From Candidatus Babeliales bacterium (GTDB lineage Bacteria > Babelota > Babeliae > Babelales > UASB340): 64,000 nucleotides of DNA. Each line of letters starts with the position of its first letter. Position 1 is the first letter of the stretch. The position numbers and the translations under genes were made by a program. The DNA is taken from the NCBI GenBank assembly GCA_041650475.1, contig JBAZLD010000005.1:623-64622 (forward strand), in the 5' to 3' direction. Below, piece by piece: positions 27,127-35,511 of this stretch. Under the pieces are notes generated by a model. The model ran no database searches, was not told the DNA's origin, and was given only the letters and a program-made list of their open reading frames with translations.

Positions 27127-28091
27127 TTTATATCGAAATTCAAAATAATTTTTTATTTTTAAGCCATTTAATAAGTAAACAAAATAAGTTTGTTTTAAAA
27201 AATAATATAGAAATAAATTTAGATAAATTAGATTTTATAGACGGCATTTTATATAATCCATCTCAAATATACACGCATGTAAAAAGTTTTTTAAAACCAA
27301 ATAATCTTAAAAATCCAAAAGCAATTATATGCTTACCTAACCTAAAAAATTCACATAATTTAAAAGATTCTAATAATCTTGAACAAAAATTAAAAAGCCT
27401 ACAAATGGCATTATGCCTATCAAAAACTGGTCTCATAATAGAAACAATAATTTCAAATTCTATTTTAAAGAAAGAAGAAGCCGTTATGATACCCCCATTT
27501 TTTTATAAAAGTCACATAAAAAATCAGTTAAATTTTTTTAAACAATTTACGCCAGATGACAAAACTTCACCAAATAAATGGCTATCAAATACAATTGCAA
27601 TGTTATTAGTAATTATAATAAGTTTTTTTGTTTTGAATCTTAATAAAAAAACAAAATTAGCAAATTTAAAATCTTCAAACCAGCAAATTGAAATTAAAAA
27701 TCAAGCCTTAAAAAACAAAATTAAACAGATGCATTTAATGCAAAATCAAATAAATAATAATAAGCAAGTAATAGATAAAATCGAAAAAATTAAAAATGTA
27801 TCAAACAATCCCATACAAACTTTAAAATTTTTATCTATGTCAATCACACCAAATAGTTGGATTAAAACTTTTAACTTAGACAATAAAAATAGAAAATTAG
27901 AGATAAATGGAACAACACCAACAGAAAAAAGTATTCCTATAATTTTAAACAAATTTTCTAAACTAACTAATTTTAAAAATCTTAAAATTGCTAAAATAGA
28001 ACATGTTAAAAGTAAAAAAACAAAAAACTTTAAATCCAAAGAACAAAAATCAAAAATCTTATATCAATTTTGCCTACAGGGCGACTTATAA
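27123..28091 (+). CDS. Bitopic membrane hypothetical protein (possible PilM/PilN- or GspL-like assembly protein)
   Basis: 322 aa. The TTG start overlaps the pfkB stop (TTGA). It has one central TM helix (LSNTIAMLLVIIISFFVLNL) followed by a coiled coil. The functional call is speculative. Confidence 0.5.
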   Translation: MIYIEIQNNFLFLSHLISKQNKFVLKNNIEINLDKLDFIDGILYNPSQIYTHVKSFLKPNNLKNPKAIICLPNLKNSHNLKDSNNLEQKLKSLQMALCLSKTGLIIETIISNSILKKEEAVMIPPFFYKSHIKNQLNFFKQFTPDDKTSPNKWLSNTIAMLLVIIISFFVLNLNKKTKLANLKSSNQQIEIKNQALKNKIKQMHLMQNQINNNKQVIDKIEKIKNVSNNPIQTLKFLSMSITPNSWIKTFNLDNKNRKLEINGTTPTEKSIPIILNKFSKLTNFKNLKIAKIEHVKSKKTKNFKSKEQKSKILYQFCLQGDL

Positions 28092-28246
28092 AAAATTCAC
28101 ATTGAAAATATTATTAGCAAACATTATTTGCCATAAATTAAATTTTTTGTTAGATTTTAAAAGTAATTTTTTGTTGTTTTATATGTTTAACCATTTAAAA
28201 CTTGACTGTTAATAATTAACAGCTCAAGAGTTCGAGGAATTCTTTA

Positions 28247-30106
28247 ATGTCCAAAACGTCCGGAAATAAAAAAACTCTAGAAATGCCAATTTCTCCAATT
28301 CTGAATGTGGAATTAATTGAAGATGTTTTTAAAATAAGTCCAGAAGAAGAAAAAGAGCTTGCAAGCCTTTATCAAGATACATTAAATCTATTTCAGATCG
28401 GCAAAGTAATCACAGGAAAAATAGAATCTATAGATAATAATAATATTATCGTAAACATAGACTATAAATCTGATGGACTAATCCCAAGTTATGAATTTAC
28501 AGATATAGAATTAAAAAAACTTTCTTCTGGTGACACAATAGAAATAATGTTAGATCGCGTAGAAGATGAAAATGGTAATGTAGTTTTATCATATCAAAAA
28601 GCCAAATCAATTAAAGCTTGGGAAAATATTGCAAAACTTGCCGAAACAGACGAACCTGTTCGAGGCGTTGTAACCCACAAGGTTAAAGGTGGACTTAGTG
28701 TTGATATAGGAATTCCTGCATTTTTACCTGGTTCACAAGTTGACACACAAAGAATTACAAATTTTGATCAATTTGTAGGACAAGAAGTTGTTTGCAAAAT
28801 TTTAAAAGTTAACAAAAAACGCGGAAATGTAATAATTTCTCGCAGAAAATATATCGAAGAGCAAAGATTTGAAGACAAAAAACAAGCTCTTGAAACAATA
28901 TCTGAAGGTCAAATACTTGAAGGTATCGTCAAAAATATCACAAGTTATGGTGTATTTGTTGATATCGGTGGAATTGATGGTTTATTGCACATTACAGATA
29001 TGTCTTGGGGAAGAATTGCTCATCCTAGTGAATTAGTAAAATTAGGAGACAAAATAACAGTCAAAGTCATATCTTTTGATAAGGCTCATGAAAAAATTTC
29101 TCTTGGCATGAAACAGTTAGCTTCAAATCCATGGGAAAATATCGATAAAAAATATCCTGTCAATAGCAAAATTAAAGGTCATATTTCAAGCATCACAGAC
29201 TACGGACTATTTGTAGAAATAGAAAAAGGCGTAGAAGGCCTTGTACACATTTCTGAAATATCCTGGACAGAAAGAATCAATAATTTACATAAGCATTTTG
29301 CTGTAGGCAATGAAATTGAAGTTAAGGTTGTTGCATTAGATAAAGACAACAGAAGAATGTCTTTAAGTATAAAACAGTTAAAAGAAAATCCTTGGGAAAC
29401 AATAGCTACCAAATTCAAAATCGGAGAAAAAATTTCTGGTAAAATCACAAACATTACCGATTTTGGTCTTTTTGTACAACTTCTTGAAGGAGTTGATGGA
29501 CTTGTACATATTTCTGATATTTCGTGGACAAATCATATATCTCACCCAGGAGAAAAATACAAAATAGGAGATATTGTCAATGCAATAATATTGGCAATAG
29601 ATCCAGAAAACAAAAAGGTATCGCTTGGTATTAAACAATTAGATAAAGATCCATGGGAAAATTTAGAACAAACTTATCCAGTTGGTTCAACAATAGAAGG
29701 TACAGTATCCAAAATTACTAACTTTGGAGCTTTTATAAGACTTTCTACAGGAATCGAAGGCCTTGTACATATTTCTGAGTTATCAGACAAAGAAATTTCA
29801 AAAGTAGAAGATATTCTGAAAATTGGACAAACTGAAACTTTTAAAGTCATTAAATCAAATCAAGAAGATCGTAAACTCGGTTTAAGTTTAAAAGCAACAA
29901 AAAAACCTGAAAAAGAATCTTCTATTCAAGGCACCGAGCAAGAAAAAAAATCTGTTGAAGAAAAGAAAGAAAAGGTAAGCAAAAAAACTTATCAAGCTCA
30001 ACACCAAGCACAAGCACCAAAAGAACAGCCTAAGTTAAAAGGCTCATTACAACAGGCTTTAGAAGCTCATGTCGCAAAATTAAAAAAAACAGATAGTGAA
30101 GAATAG
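28247..30106 (+). CDS. rpsA: 30S ribosomal protein S1
   Basis: 619 aa with six S1 (OB-fold) repeats of the G.V....+G+FV.+..G+.GL+HIS+ type, plus a Lys/Glu-rich tail. Confidence 0.92.
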   Translation: MSKTSGNKKTLEMPISPILNVELIEDVFKISPEEEKELASLYQDTLNLFQIGKVITGKIESIDNNNIIVNIDYKSDGLIPSYEFTDIELKKLSSGDTIEIMLDRVEDENGNVVLSYQKAKSIKAWENIAKLAETDEPVRGVVTHKVKGGLSVDIGIPAFLPGSQVDTQRITNFDQFVGQEVVCKILKVNKKRGNVIISRRKYIEEQRFEDKKQALETISEGQILEGIVKNITSYGVFVDIGGIDGLLHITDMSWGRIAHPSELVKLGDKITVKVISFDKAHEKISLGMKQLASNPWENIDKKYPVNSKIKGHISSITDYGLFVEIEKGVEGLVHISEISWTERINNLHKHFAVGNEIEVKVVALDKDNRRMSLSIKQLKENPWETIATKFKIGEKISGKITNITDFGLFVQLLEGVDGLVHISDISWTNHISHPGEKYKIGDIVNAIILAIDPENKKVSLGIKQLDKDPWENLEQTYPVGSTIEGTVSKITNFGAFIRLSTGIEGLVHISELSDKEISKVEDILKIGQTETFKVIKSNQEDRKLGLSLKATKKPEKESSIQGTEQEKKSVEEKKEKVSKKTYQAQHQAQAPKEQPKLKGSLQQALEAHVAKLKKTDSEE

Positions 30107-30113
30107 GTAGACA

Positions 30114-30524
30114 ATGTTACAAAAAACGTTAGCAATAATTAAACCAGATGCTGTTAAAGCGAAAAACAGTGGTAAAATAATTGATAGAATAGAATCTGAA
30201 GGTTTTAAAATTTTAAAGTTAGAAAAAATGCAGTTAACCAAAGCACAAGCAGAACAATTTTATGCTGTTCACAAGGGCAAACCATTTTTTGATGAACTTG
30301 TAGAATTTATGACTTCGGGTCCTATTGTTGTCATGGTTTTGGAAAAAAATAATGCAATTGAAGATTGGCGCAACTTAATGGGAGCTACAGATCCTGCAAA
30401 AGCAGAAAACAACACCATTAGAAAACTTTTTGGTTCTTCTAAAGGTGAAAATGCTACGCATGGTTCTGATGCACCAGAAACTGCTGCACAAGAAATTAAA
30501 ATATTTTTTCCTAAATTAAATTAA
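30114..30524 (+). CDS. ndk: Nucleoside diphosphate kinase
   Basis: 136 aa. It contains TLAIIKPDAV and the active-site region NATHGSD. Confidence 0.9.
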   Translation: MLQKTLAIIKPDAVKAKNSGKIIDRIESEGFKILKLEKMQLTKAQAEQFYAVHKGKPFFDELVEFMTSGPIVVMVLEKNNAIEDWRNLMGATDPAKAENNTIRKLFGSSKGENATHGSDAPETAAQEIKIFFPKLN

Positions 30525-30562
30525 TAATTTAGATATAAAAATAAAAAGAATTAAATAAAAAA

Positions 30563-30604
30563 ATTAGGCAGGATATTAAAAAAATATCCTGCCTAATTTT
30601 TTTA
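30563..30604. terminator. Bidirectional intrinsic terminator
   Basis: attaggcaggatat-taaaaaa-atatcctgcctaat forms a 14-bp perfect stem flanked by A- and T-tracts. It lies between convergent genes. Confidence 0.8.
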
Positions 30605-30619
30605 ATGGGGAACAATCAA

Positions 30620-31630
30620 CTATCTTTTTTTATTTTTTCTGCATGAAAAAAGATAACCTAAAATTTTTCTGATCGCGCTTTCTTTAATAGGCTTATGAAT
30701 TCCTGGAGCACCTCTTCTTGTTTTTTCTCTTTCAGCTTCTAATTTAGCATGATATTCACGATAAGTTTCTTCAGGCGCTTTATTTATTTTTTGAATGTTA
30801 TTGTTTATAACTTTATATAATTGACTTACTTCATTTAAAGTTATTTCCAATTTTAAAAATAAACCTCGTGCTTCTTCTAAAAAATTATTTATATCCTGAA
30901 CCTTAGACAAAGAATCTGCAGCTAAAGGAAATAAATGACTAGTTGTTCTTGATTGACTTGTTAACTTATTAAATTCATTATATAAAGAATTTATACTATC
31001 TTTTTTTAATCCTAAAAGATTGTGATTAGCATTATTATATGGTTCTAGGACAGCATTTAAACTTCTAGCAGCAAAATTTAAATTATCTTGTGTATCTTGA
31101 AAAGAGAATTTAATACCCTCTATATTTGATCTAAATTCAGTCAAAGCCACAGTTGTAATAGTTTCTAATGTTCTTAATTCTTTAGCTAAAAAAGTCTTTT
31201 TACCCTGTAATATATATATTTTTGCTATTATATCACATTGTAATTTTAATGCTTCTTCTTTTTTATCTAAAACAATTTGCCCTATTTGAGTTGAATCTAA
31301 ACCCTTTCTTGCTTGTTCTTTTGCTAATATTTCTATTTCTTTTGTTTTAAGCTCTACTTCTTGAGCCATATTTCTAGCTTGTAAAGATTCATCTTCTAAA
31401 TTTATACTTTGATAAATTCTTAAAGCCTTATTAAAACTATCCTCTGAATCTCGAAAAAAACATTCTATCTTTTCATGATTTTCTTTGGCTTGTTTTTCGT
31501 CAAAAATTGGATCTGTAGCATCAGACCCTTGTTCCATAGACTTAGCATTATCCATAGCCTTAGCACTAAAAGAAAGAGCTAATAAACATGGGACTGCAAT
31601 TGATAAAATTATTCTGTTGAACTGTTTCAT
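30620..31630 (-). CDS. Secreted coiled-coil hypothetical protein
   Basis: 336 aa. Signal peptide MKQFNRIILSIAVPCLLALSFSAKA. GGAGG lies upstream. The sequence is heptad-rich. Confidence 0.7.
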   Translation of the reverse strand: MKQFNRIILSIAVPCLLALSFSAKAMDNAKSMEQGSDATDPIFDEKQAKENHEKIECFFRDSEDSFNKALRIYQSINLEDESLQARNMAQEVELKTKEIEILAKEQARKGLDSTQIGQIVLDKKEEALKLQCDIIAKIYILQGKKTFLAKELRTLETITTVALTEFRSNIEGIKFSFQDTQDNLNFAARSLNAVLEPYNNANHNLLGLKKDSINSLYNEFNKLTSQSRTTSHLFPLAADSLSKVQDINNFLEEARGLFLKLEITLNEVSQLYKVINNNIQKINKAPEETYREYHAKLEAEREKTRRGAPGIHKPIKESAIRKILGYLFSCRKNKKR

Positions 31631-31969
31631 AAAAAACCTCCATTAAGCCAAAGCATTATATATGCGTAATATATGCGTAGGCGAATCCATAAATAATAAA
31701 AACAATTAATAAAAATATAAAAACCTAAAATAAAGCCTTTATTTTCTATTATAATTTAATATTACAAAATAAATTATATTTGTAAAATGCCCCCCTACAA
31801 CTCAAAAATCTATTAAAAATATGAAATTTTTACATTAAATTTTGTAAATTATTGCATTATTTCTAAATCAATTTATAAACTCCAGATCAAATATAAGTCA
31901 AATTTGGATATCAGTTTAACTTTGTTGTTAATTTACTGAACACAAATTATTTTAAAAAGGAGAAAAAAT

Positions 31970-34900
31970 ATGAAAATTTTTTCAAAATTTAGCATTAAAA
32001 TTCTAATATATAGCATAATCTTTTTAGGTTTCACAAATTTAAATAATTTATATTCAAAATGGGGAAGCATTAGAGTTATAACCAACCATACCTCAAAGGA
32101 TCTTGATTGTAGAGTTAATTGGGGCGTTAGAGAAGCTGGCGATTTATGGAATTGGAACCCTCCAACTCTTAAGCAAGGGAATGAAATTATAAAACCTGGA
32201 CAAGAAATAACTATTTTACCAAAAAGTTCTTTAGATTTTACTAGTTTAGAAATACCTAATATAGATGTCTCAAAAGGCCGTCCAGAAGAAAATTGTATTC
32301 GTTTACAAGGCATTGGAGCTAAATCAGAAGATCTGCAATTAACTAGTGGTAAAGTTCTTGAATTAAATCCAATGCAAGGAGTTGGTATCGCATGGCTCAA
32401 AGATCCAATTGACAGTAACAAATCTGTCTGTTTTTTTGCTCAATCTGATGATCAAGTTCAAATAGTATTAGGAGACAGTATTTCTCCTTATTATGGCCTT
32501 AAAATTGTTTTGGGCAAAAATGAATCTAAAATTATTTTTCCTAAAGAAGAAATTGCTGAACAAGAAATTACTCAAAACAATGAAGCTTTAATAACGTTTG
32601 GTGATTATGTAATTTTTACAAATGAAACAACTGGCAATGTTTTATATTTTACTTCAGAAAATAAAACCCTTGATGCGCAAACCATAAAACATGCCATTGA
32701 TCCTAATAAACCCATCGATAAACTTTATCAGTGGGAAATTTTACCAAAACCTAAAATCGCTACAGAAACAGATATAGATATTAATTTTTTAAAAGACCAT
32801 AGCTCTTGTTATCTTTTTTCTAACGGTTTTTTAACACGTGGAGATCTAGGTGAAGCCAAGGTTCTTGGAATAAAATATCCTATGAGCAGATTTAGCATTG
32901 TAAAAGCAGAAAAAACTAAAGACATTTTTATTAAAGATAATGATAGAGTAAAAATTGTTTCTTATTTTGTTGATGAAGGCTATGTTGTAGATGAAAATGG
33001 AATAGCAAGAGTTAGATGGCCAATTCATAACAAAAATAATGTTTGGAAAATTTCACTTGTTAATCCTCGCAAAAAAATAAGCGCAGCCTTAAGATATCCA
33101 AGAGTTACTAGAGAGCAAAATCCTAAAGCTATGGCAACAGGTGGACTTCAAGGTCTTTATTGGTTAAGCATTCAAGATGATTTTATTTTCGTTGGATCTG
33201 GATATCAACCAGGTCAAAACATATTTTTATCAAGGAAATTACCTAAAGAACTTATTGGTAAGCTAACATTCATAGGCTTTAGCAGCAACAAATCAACCGC
33301 AAATTATACAAATATTTTAATGGGTGATCCAATTTCTACTAAAGAATCTACAAAAATTTATAAAGATACCAAAGAAAATATATCAGCTTCTGGAGGTTTT
33401 CAGTGGCTTACAAATTATCCATTAAGAAGTTCTAACAGAGGCTCTATAATTACAAAGATAAAAGCTGACAAAAATGCCGAAATTGCTTTTGCAGATCCTA
33501 GTACTCGTGATATAAAATATGTTTTAGAAATTGGTGGACAAAATAATCAAACTATATCTATAAGCAAAAAAATAGGTACAAAACTTGAAGAGCAATACAA
33601 AGTTTACACGCCAACTCCACCAATACCAAAAAAAGAAAGTTCTTTATTTCAAATAAGTGTTGACGATGGTCTATTTCTTATAAAAAGAGATAATGAACTG
33701 CTTTTTGCCTGGCAAGATCCCAAACCTTTTACAAAATATAATTTTATAGGTTTTGGTGCAAAAAAAAGTAATGTAGAATATTCTAATATAGAAATTGCAC
33801 CTTCTATTCGTTTGGAACACAAAAGAACAGCTAAAGAATATAAGCAAATTTTCAGCGGTTTTACACAAGATTACATGTTACCTTTTTTATTAATTTCTCC
33901 TTTTGAATATTGGATTCAACAATATAGCTCTAACATAAGAATTACAGATCCTATTTATAATCCAGTAGGTTGGAATGTTGTTGGAATGGAAAAAGAAGGA
34001 GCACACTATTTTATAGTTTCTATAAGCAGTTCTGGAGAACCAAGTATCAAATATGCTGAAGATCCTAAAGGAAGTATTTTGGAACAAGCTATTAAAATTG
34101 GTTGTGATACTCTGGGTGACATTGGAAGCACTTTAACACAAGCGGGCGGTAAAGCTGCTGCTGTTGGAGTTTTAACATCTACAGTAACCGATCTTACAAA
34201 AAGAATTACAAAACAAGTATTTAAACCTACAACCGGAATTTATACCGAAGAAGCTAGAACGGCAACTGCCACAGGTAAACCAAATGATGAAGTGGAAAAA
34301 GCAAAAAATGAGATCGCTGATCTTTCTAATAAGCTTGATGCTATAGAACAAGATGCTTATCTAGATCCAGGAATAAAATTTACGCAAAAAATTGAATTAA
34401 CACATAGAATCGTTAATAATATTATCTCTCCTGAAAATATTACTCAACCAATGAGAGAGCAAATTTTAAGAATTTTAGATAATTTGTTTGAAAGTAGAAC
34501 AAATCTTCCTCAAACAATTCAACCTCCAACAATTTATGGTCCATTAACAAATCTGTTTATAAGTGCTTATGATAATAGATTTTTATTAAATCCTGAAAAT
34601 CCTAATTTTACTGGCAGACGTGGAGATTTATATAGAAAAATAAATAAATTATCAGAAGAATTATTTAATGGTTTAAAAAATAAAACAATTGAAGAAGTTG
34701 AAATAAAACCTTTCCACGGTGAAGCTATTTGGTTGGGCGAGCTACCTATTCTAAATCAAGGATCCATATTCATTGATGCTGCAGGTGAAAAAGATATTTT
34801 TATAATTTTTTATGATGAAACTACTCGAATCAGAAAATTACAAGAAGCTACAGAATTAGTTCAAGTAAATATTGGCGGTTGGGATAATAAAAAAACAGCT

Positions 34901-35506
34901 ATTTGTTCTGATGGAAATGGTCAAGCAGAAGTTTCTGTTTCAGCAGAAAAAGTACCTAGTGCAATGGCAAATGGCATAACATTCAGACAATATTGGGTAA
35001 GTTATAATAAAGGAGTAGTAAAATTTGGTATTGTAGAAAATAACACAATTAAAGAACTTTTAACATGGAAAGACTATTATCCATCTGGAAAAGTAAAATA
35101 TGTTGGCATCAGTTGTTGGGATACACCTATAAGAATAAAAAATGTTGAAATTGCACCTCCAATTGAACAAATTGAAAAACAACTTGCAAGCCAAAAACAA
35201 ACGCCACAACAAGAAGAGGTTATTCAAGAACAAAAACCTGCAGTTAAAAAAATAGCAAAACCCAAAGAAGAAGAACAAACGGCTGAGCAAGCTCAACCTG
35301 CACCACAACCACAACAGATGCAACAAGCAGGTCCAATGCCTCAAGAAGCAATATCGCAAGGAGAACCGAGTGCAAAAGAATTAAAAGAGATGCAAAAGTT
35401 TGAAAAATCAAAAAAATCACAAGAATCAAAAAAAATAAAAACCACAAAAATTAGAGATAAAAAATCAGAAAAAATAATGCGTGAAATGGCAGAGATAGGA
35501 GCATAA
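31970..35506 (+). CDS. Giant secreted multidomain protein, paralog A (3 FAMeT-like repeats, MIR-like beta-trefoil insert, helical core, low-complexity tail)
   Basis: 1178 aa. AGGAG lies 8 nt upstream and the N-terminus is a hydrophobic signal. An internal triplicated module carries IGG(W/Q)xN and WxDPxP...Y(I/V)GF motifs. It is a paralog of the next gene. Confidence 0.85.
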   Translation: MKIFSKFSIKILIYSIIFLGFTNLNNLYSKWGSIRVITNHTSKDLDCRVNWGVREAGDLWNWNPPTLKQGNEIIKPGQEITILPKSSLDFTSLEIPNIDVSKGRPEENCIRLQGIGAKSEDLQLTSGKVLELNPMQGVGIAWLKDPIDSNKSVCFFAQSDDQVQIVLGDSISPYYGLKIVLGKNESKIIFPKEEIAEQEITQNNEALITFGDYVIFTNETTGNVLYFTSENKTLDAQTIKHAIDPNKPIDKLYQWEILPKPKIATETDIDINFLKDHSSCYLFSNGFLTRGDLGEAKVLGIKYPMSRFSIVKAEKTKDIFIKDNDRVKIVSYFVDEGYVVDENGIARVRWPIHNKNNVWKISLVNPRKKISAALRYPRVTREQNPKAMATGGLQGLYWLSIQDDFIFVGSGYQPGQNIFLSRKLPKELIGKLTFIGFSSNKSTANYTNILMGDPISTKESTKIYKDTKENISASGGFQWLTNYPLRSSNRGSIITKIKADKNAEIAFADPSTRDIKYVLEIGGQNNQTISISKKIGTKLEEQYKVYTPTPPIPKKESSLFQISVDDGLFLIKRDNELLFAWQDPKPFTKYNFIGFGAKKSNVEYSNIEIAPSIRLEHKRTAKEYKQIFSGFTQDYMLPFLLISPFEYWIQQYSSNIRITDPIYNPVGWNVVGMEKEGAHYFIVSISSSGEPSIKYAEDPKGSILEQAIKIGCDTLGDIGSTLTQAGGKAAAVGVLTSTVTDLTKRITKQVFKPTTGIYTEEARTATATGKPNDEVEKAKNEIADLSNKLDAIEQDAYLDPGIKFTQKIELTHRIVNNIISPENITQPMREQILRILDNLFESRTNLPQTIQPPTIYGPLTNLFISAYDNRFLLNPENPNFTGRRGDLYRKINKLSEELFNGLKNKTIEEVEIKPFHGEAIWLGELPILNQGSIFIDAAGEKDIFIIFYDETTRIRKLQEATELVQVNIGGWDNKKTAICSDGNGQAEVSVSAEKVPSAMANGITFRQYWVSYNKGVVKFGIVENNTIKELLTWKDYYPSGKVKYVGISCWDTPIRIKNVEIAPPIEQIEKQLASQKQTPQQEEVIQEQKPAVKKIAKPKEEEQTAEQAQPAPQPQQMQQAGPMPQEAISQGEPSAKELKEMQKFEKSKKSQESKKIKTTKIRDKKSEKIMREMAEIGA

Positions 35507-35511
35507 AAATC

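Noticed and set aside
28206-28222. Perfect palindrome CTGTTAAT-A-ATTAACAG 25 nt upstream of rpsA, and the palindrome TGTCAAA-A-TTTGACA at 46747-46761 upstream of glyA (contains TTGACA on both strands)
   Set aside because: In DNA this AT-rich I estimate that roughly two dozen palindromes of the rpsA site's size (shorter ones such as the glyA site would be more frequent still) are expected by chance in 64 kb. No properly spaced -10 box follows either TTGACA. I cannot tell them apart from background without comparative data.
31933-32421. 162-aa minus-strand ORF overlapping the start of the giant paralog gene
   Set aside because: It is antisense to a strongly supported gene that has an AGGAG RBS, a signal peptide and a paralog. 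Its translation is Ser/Leu/Phe/Pro-rich antisense-type sequence.
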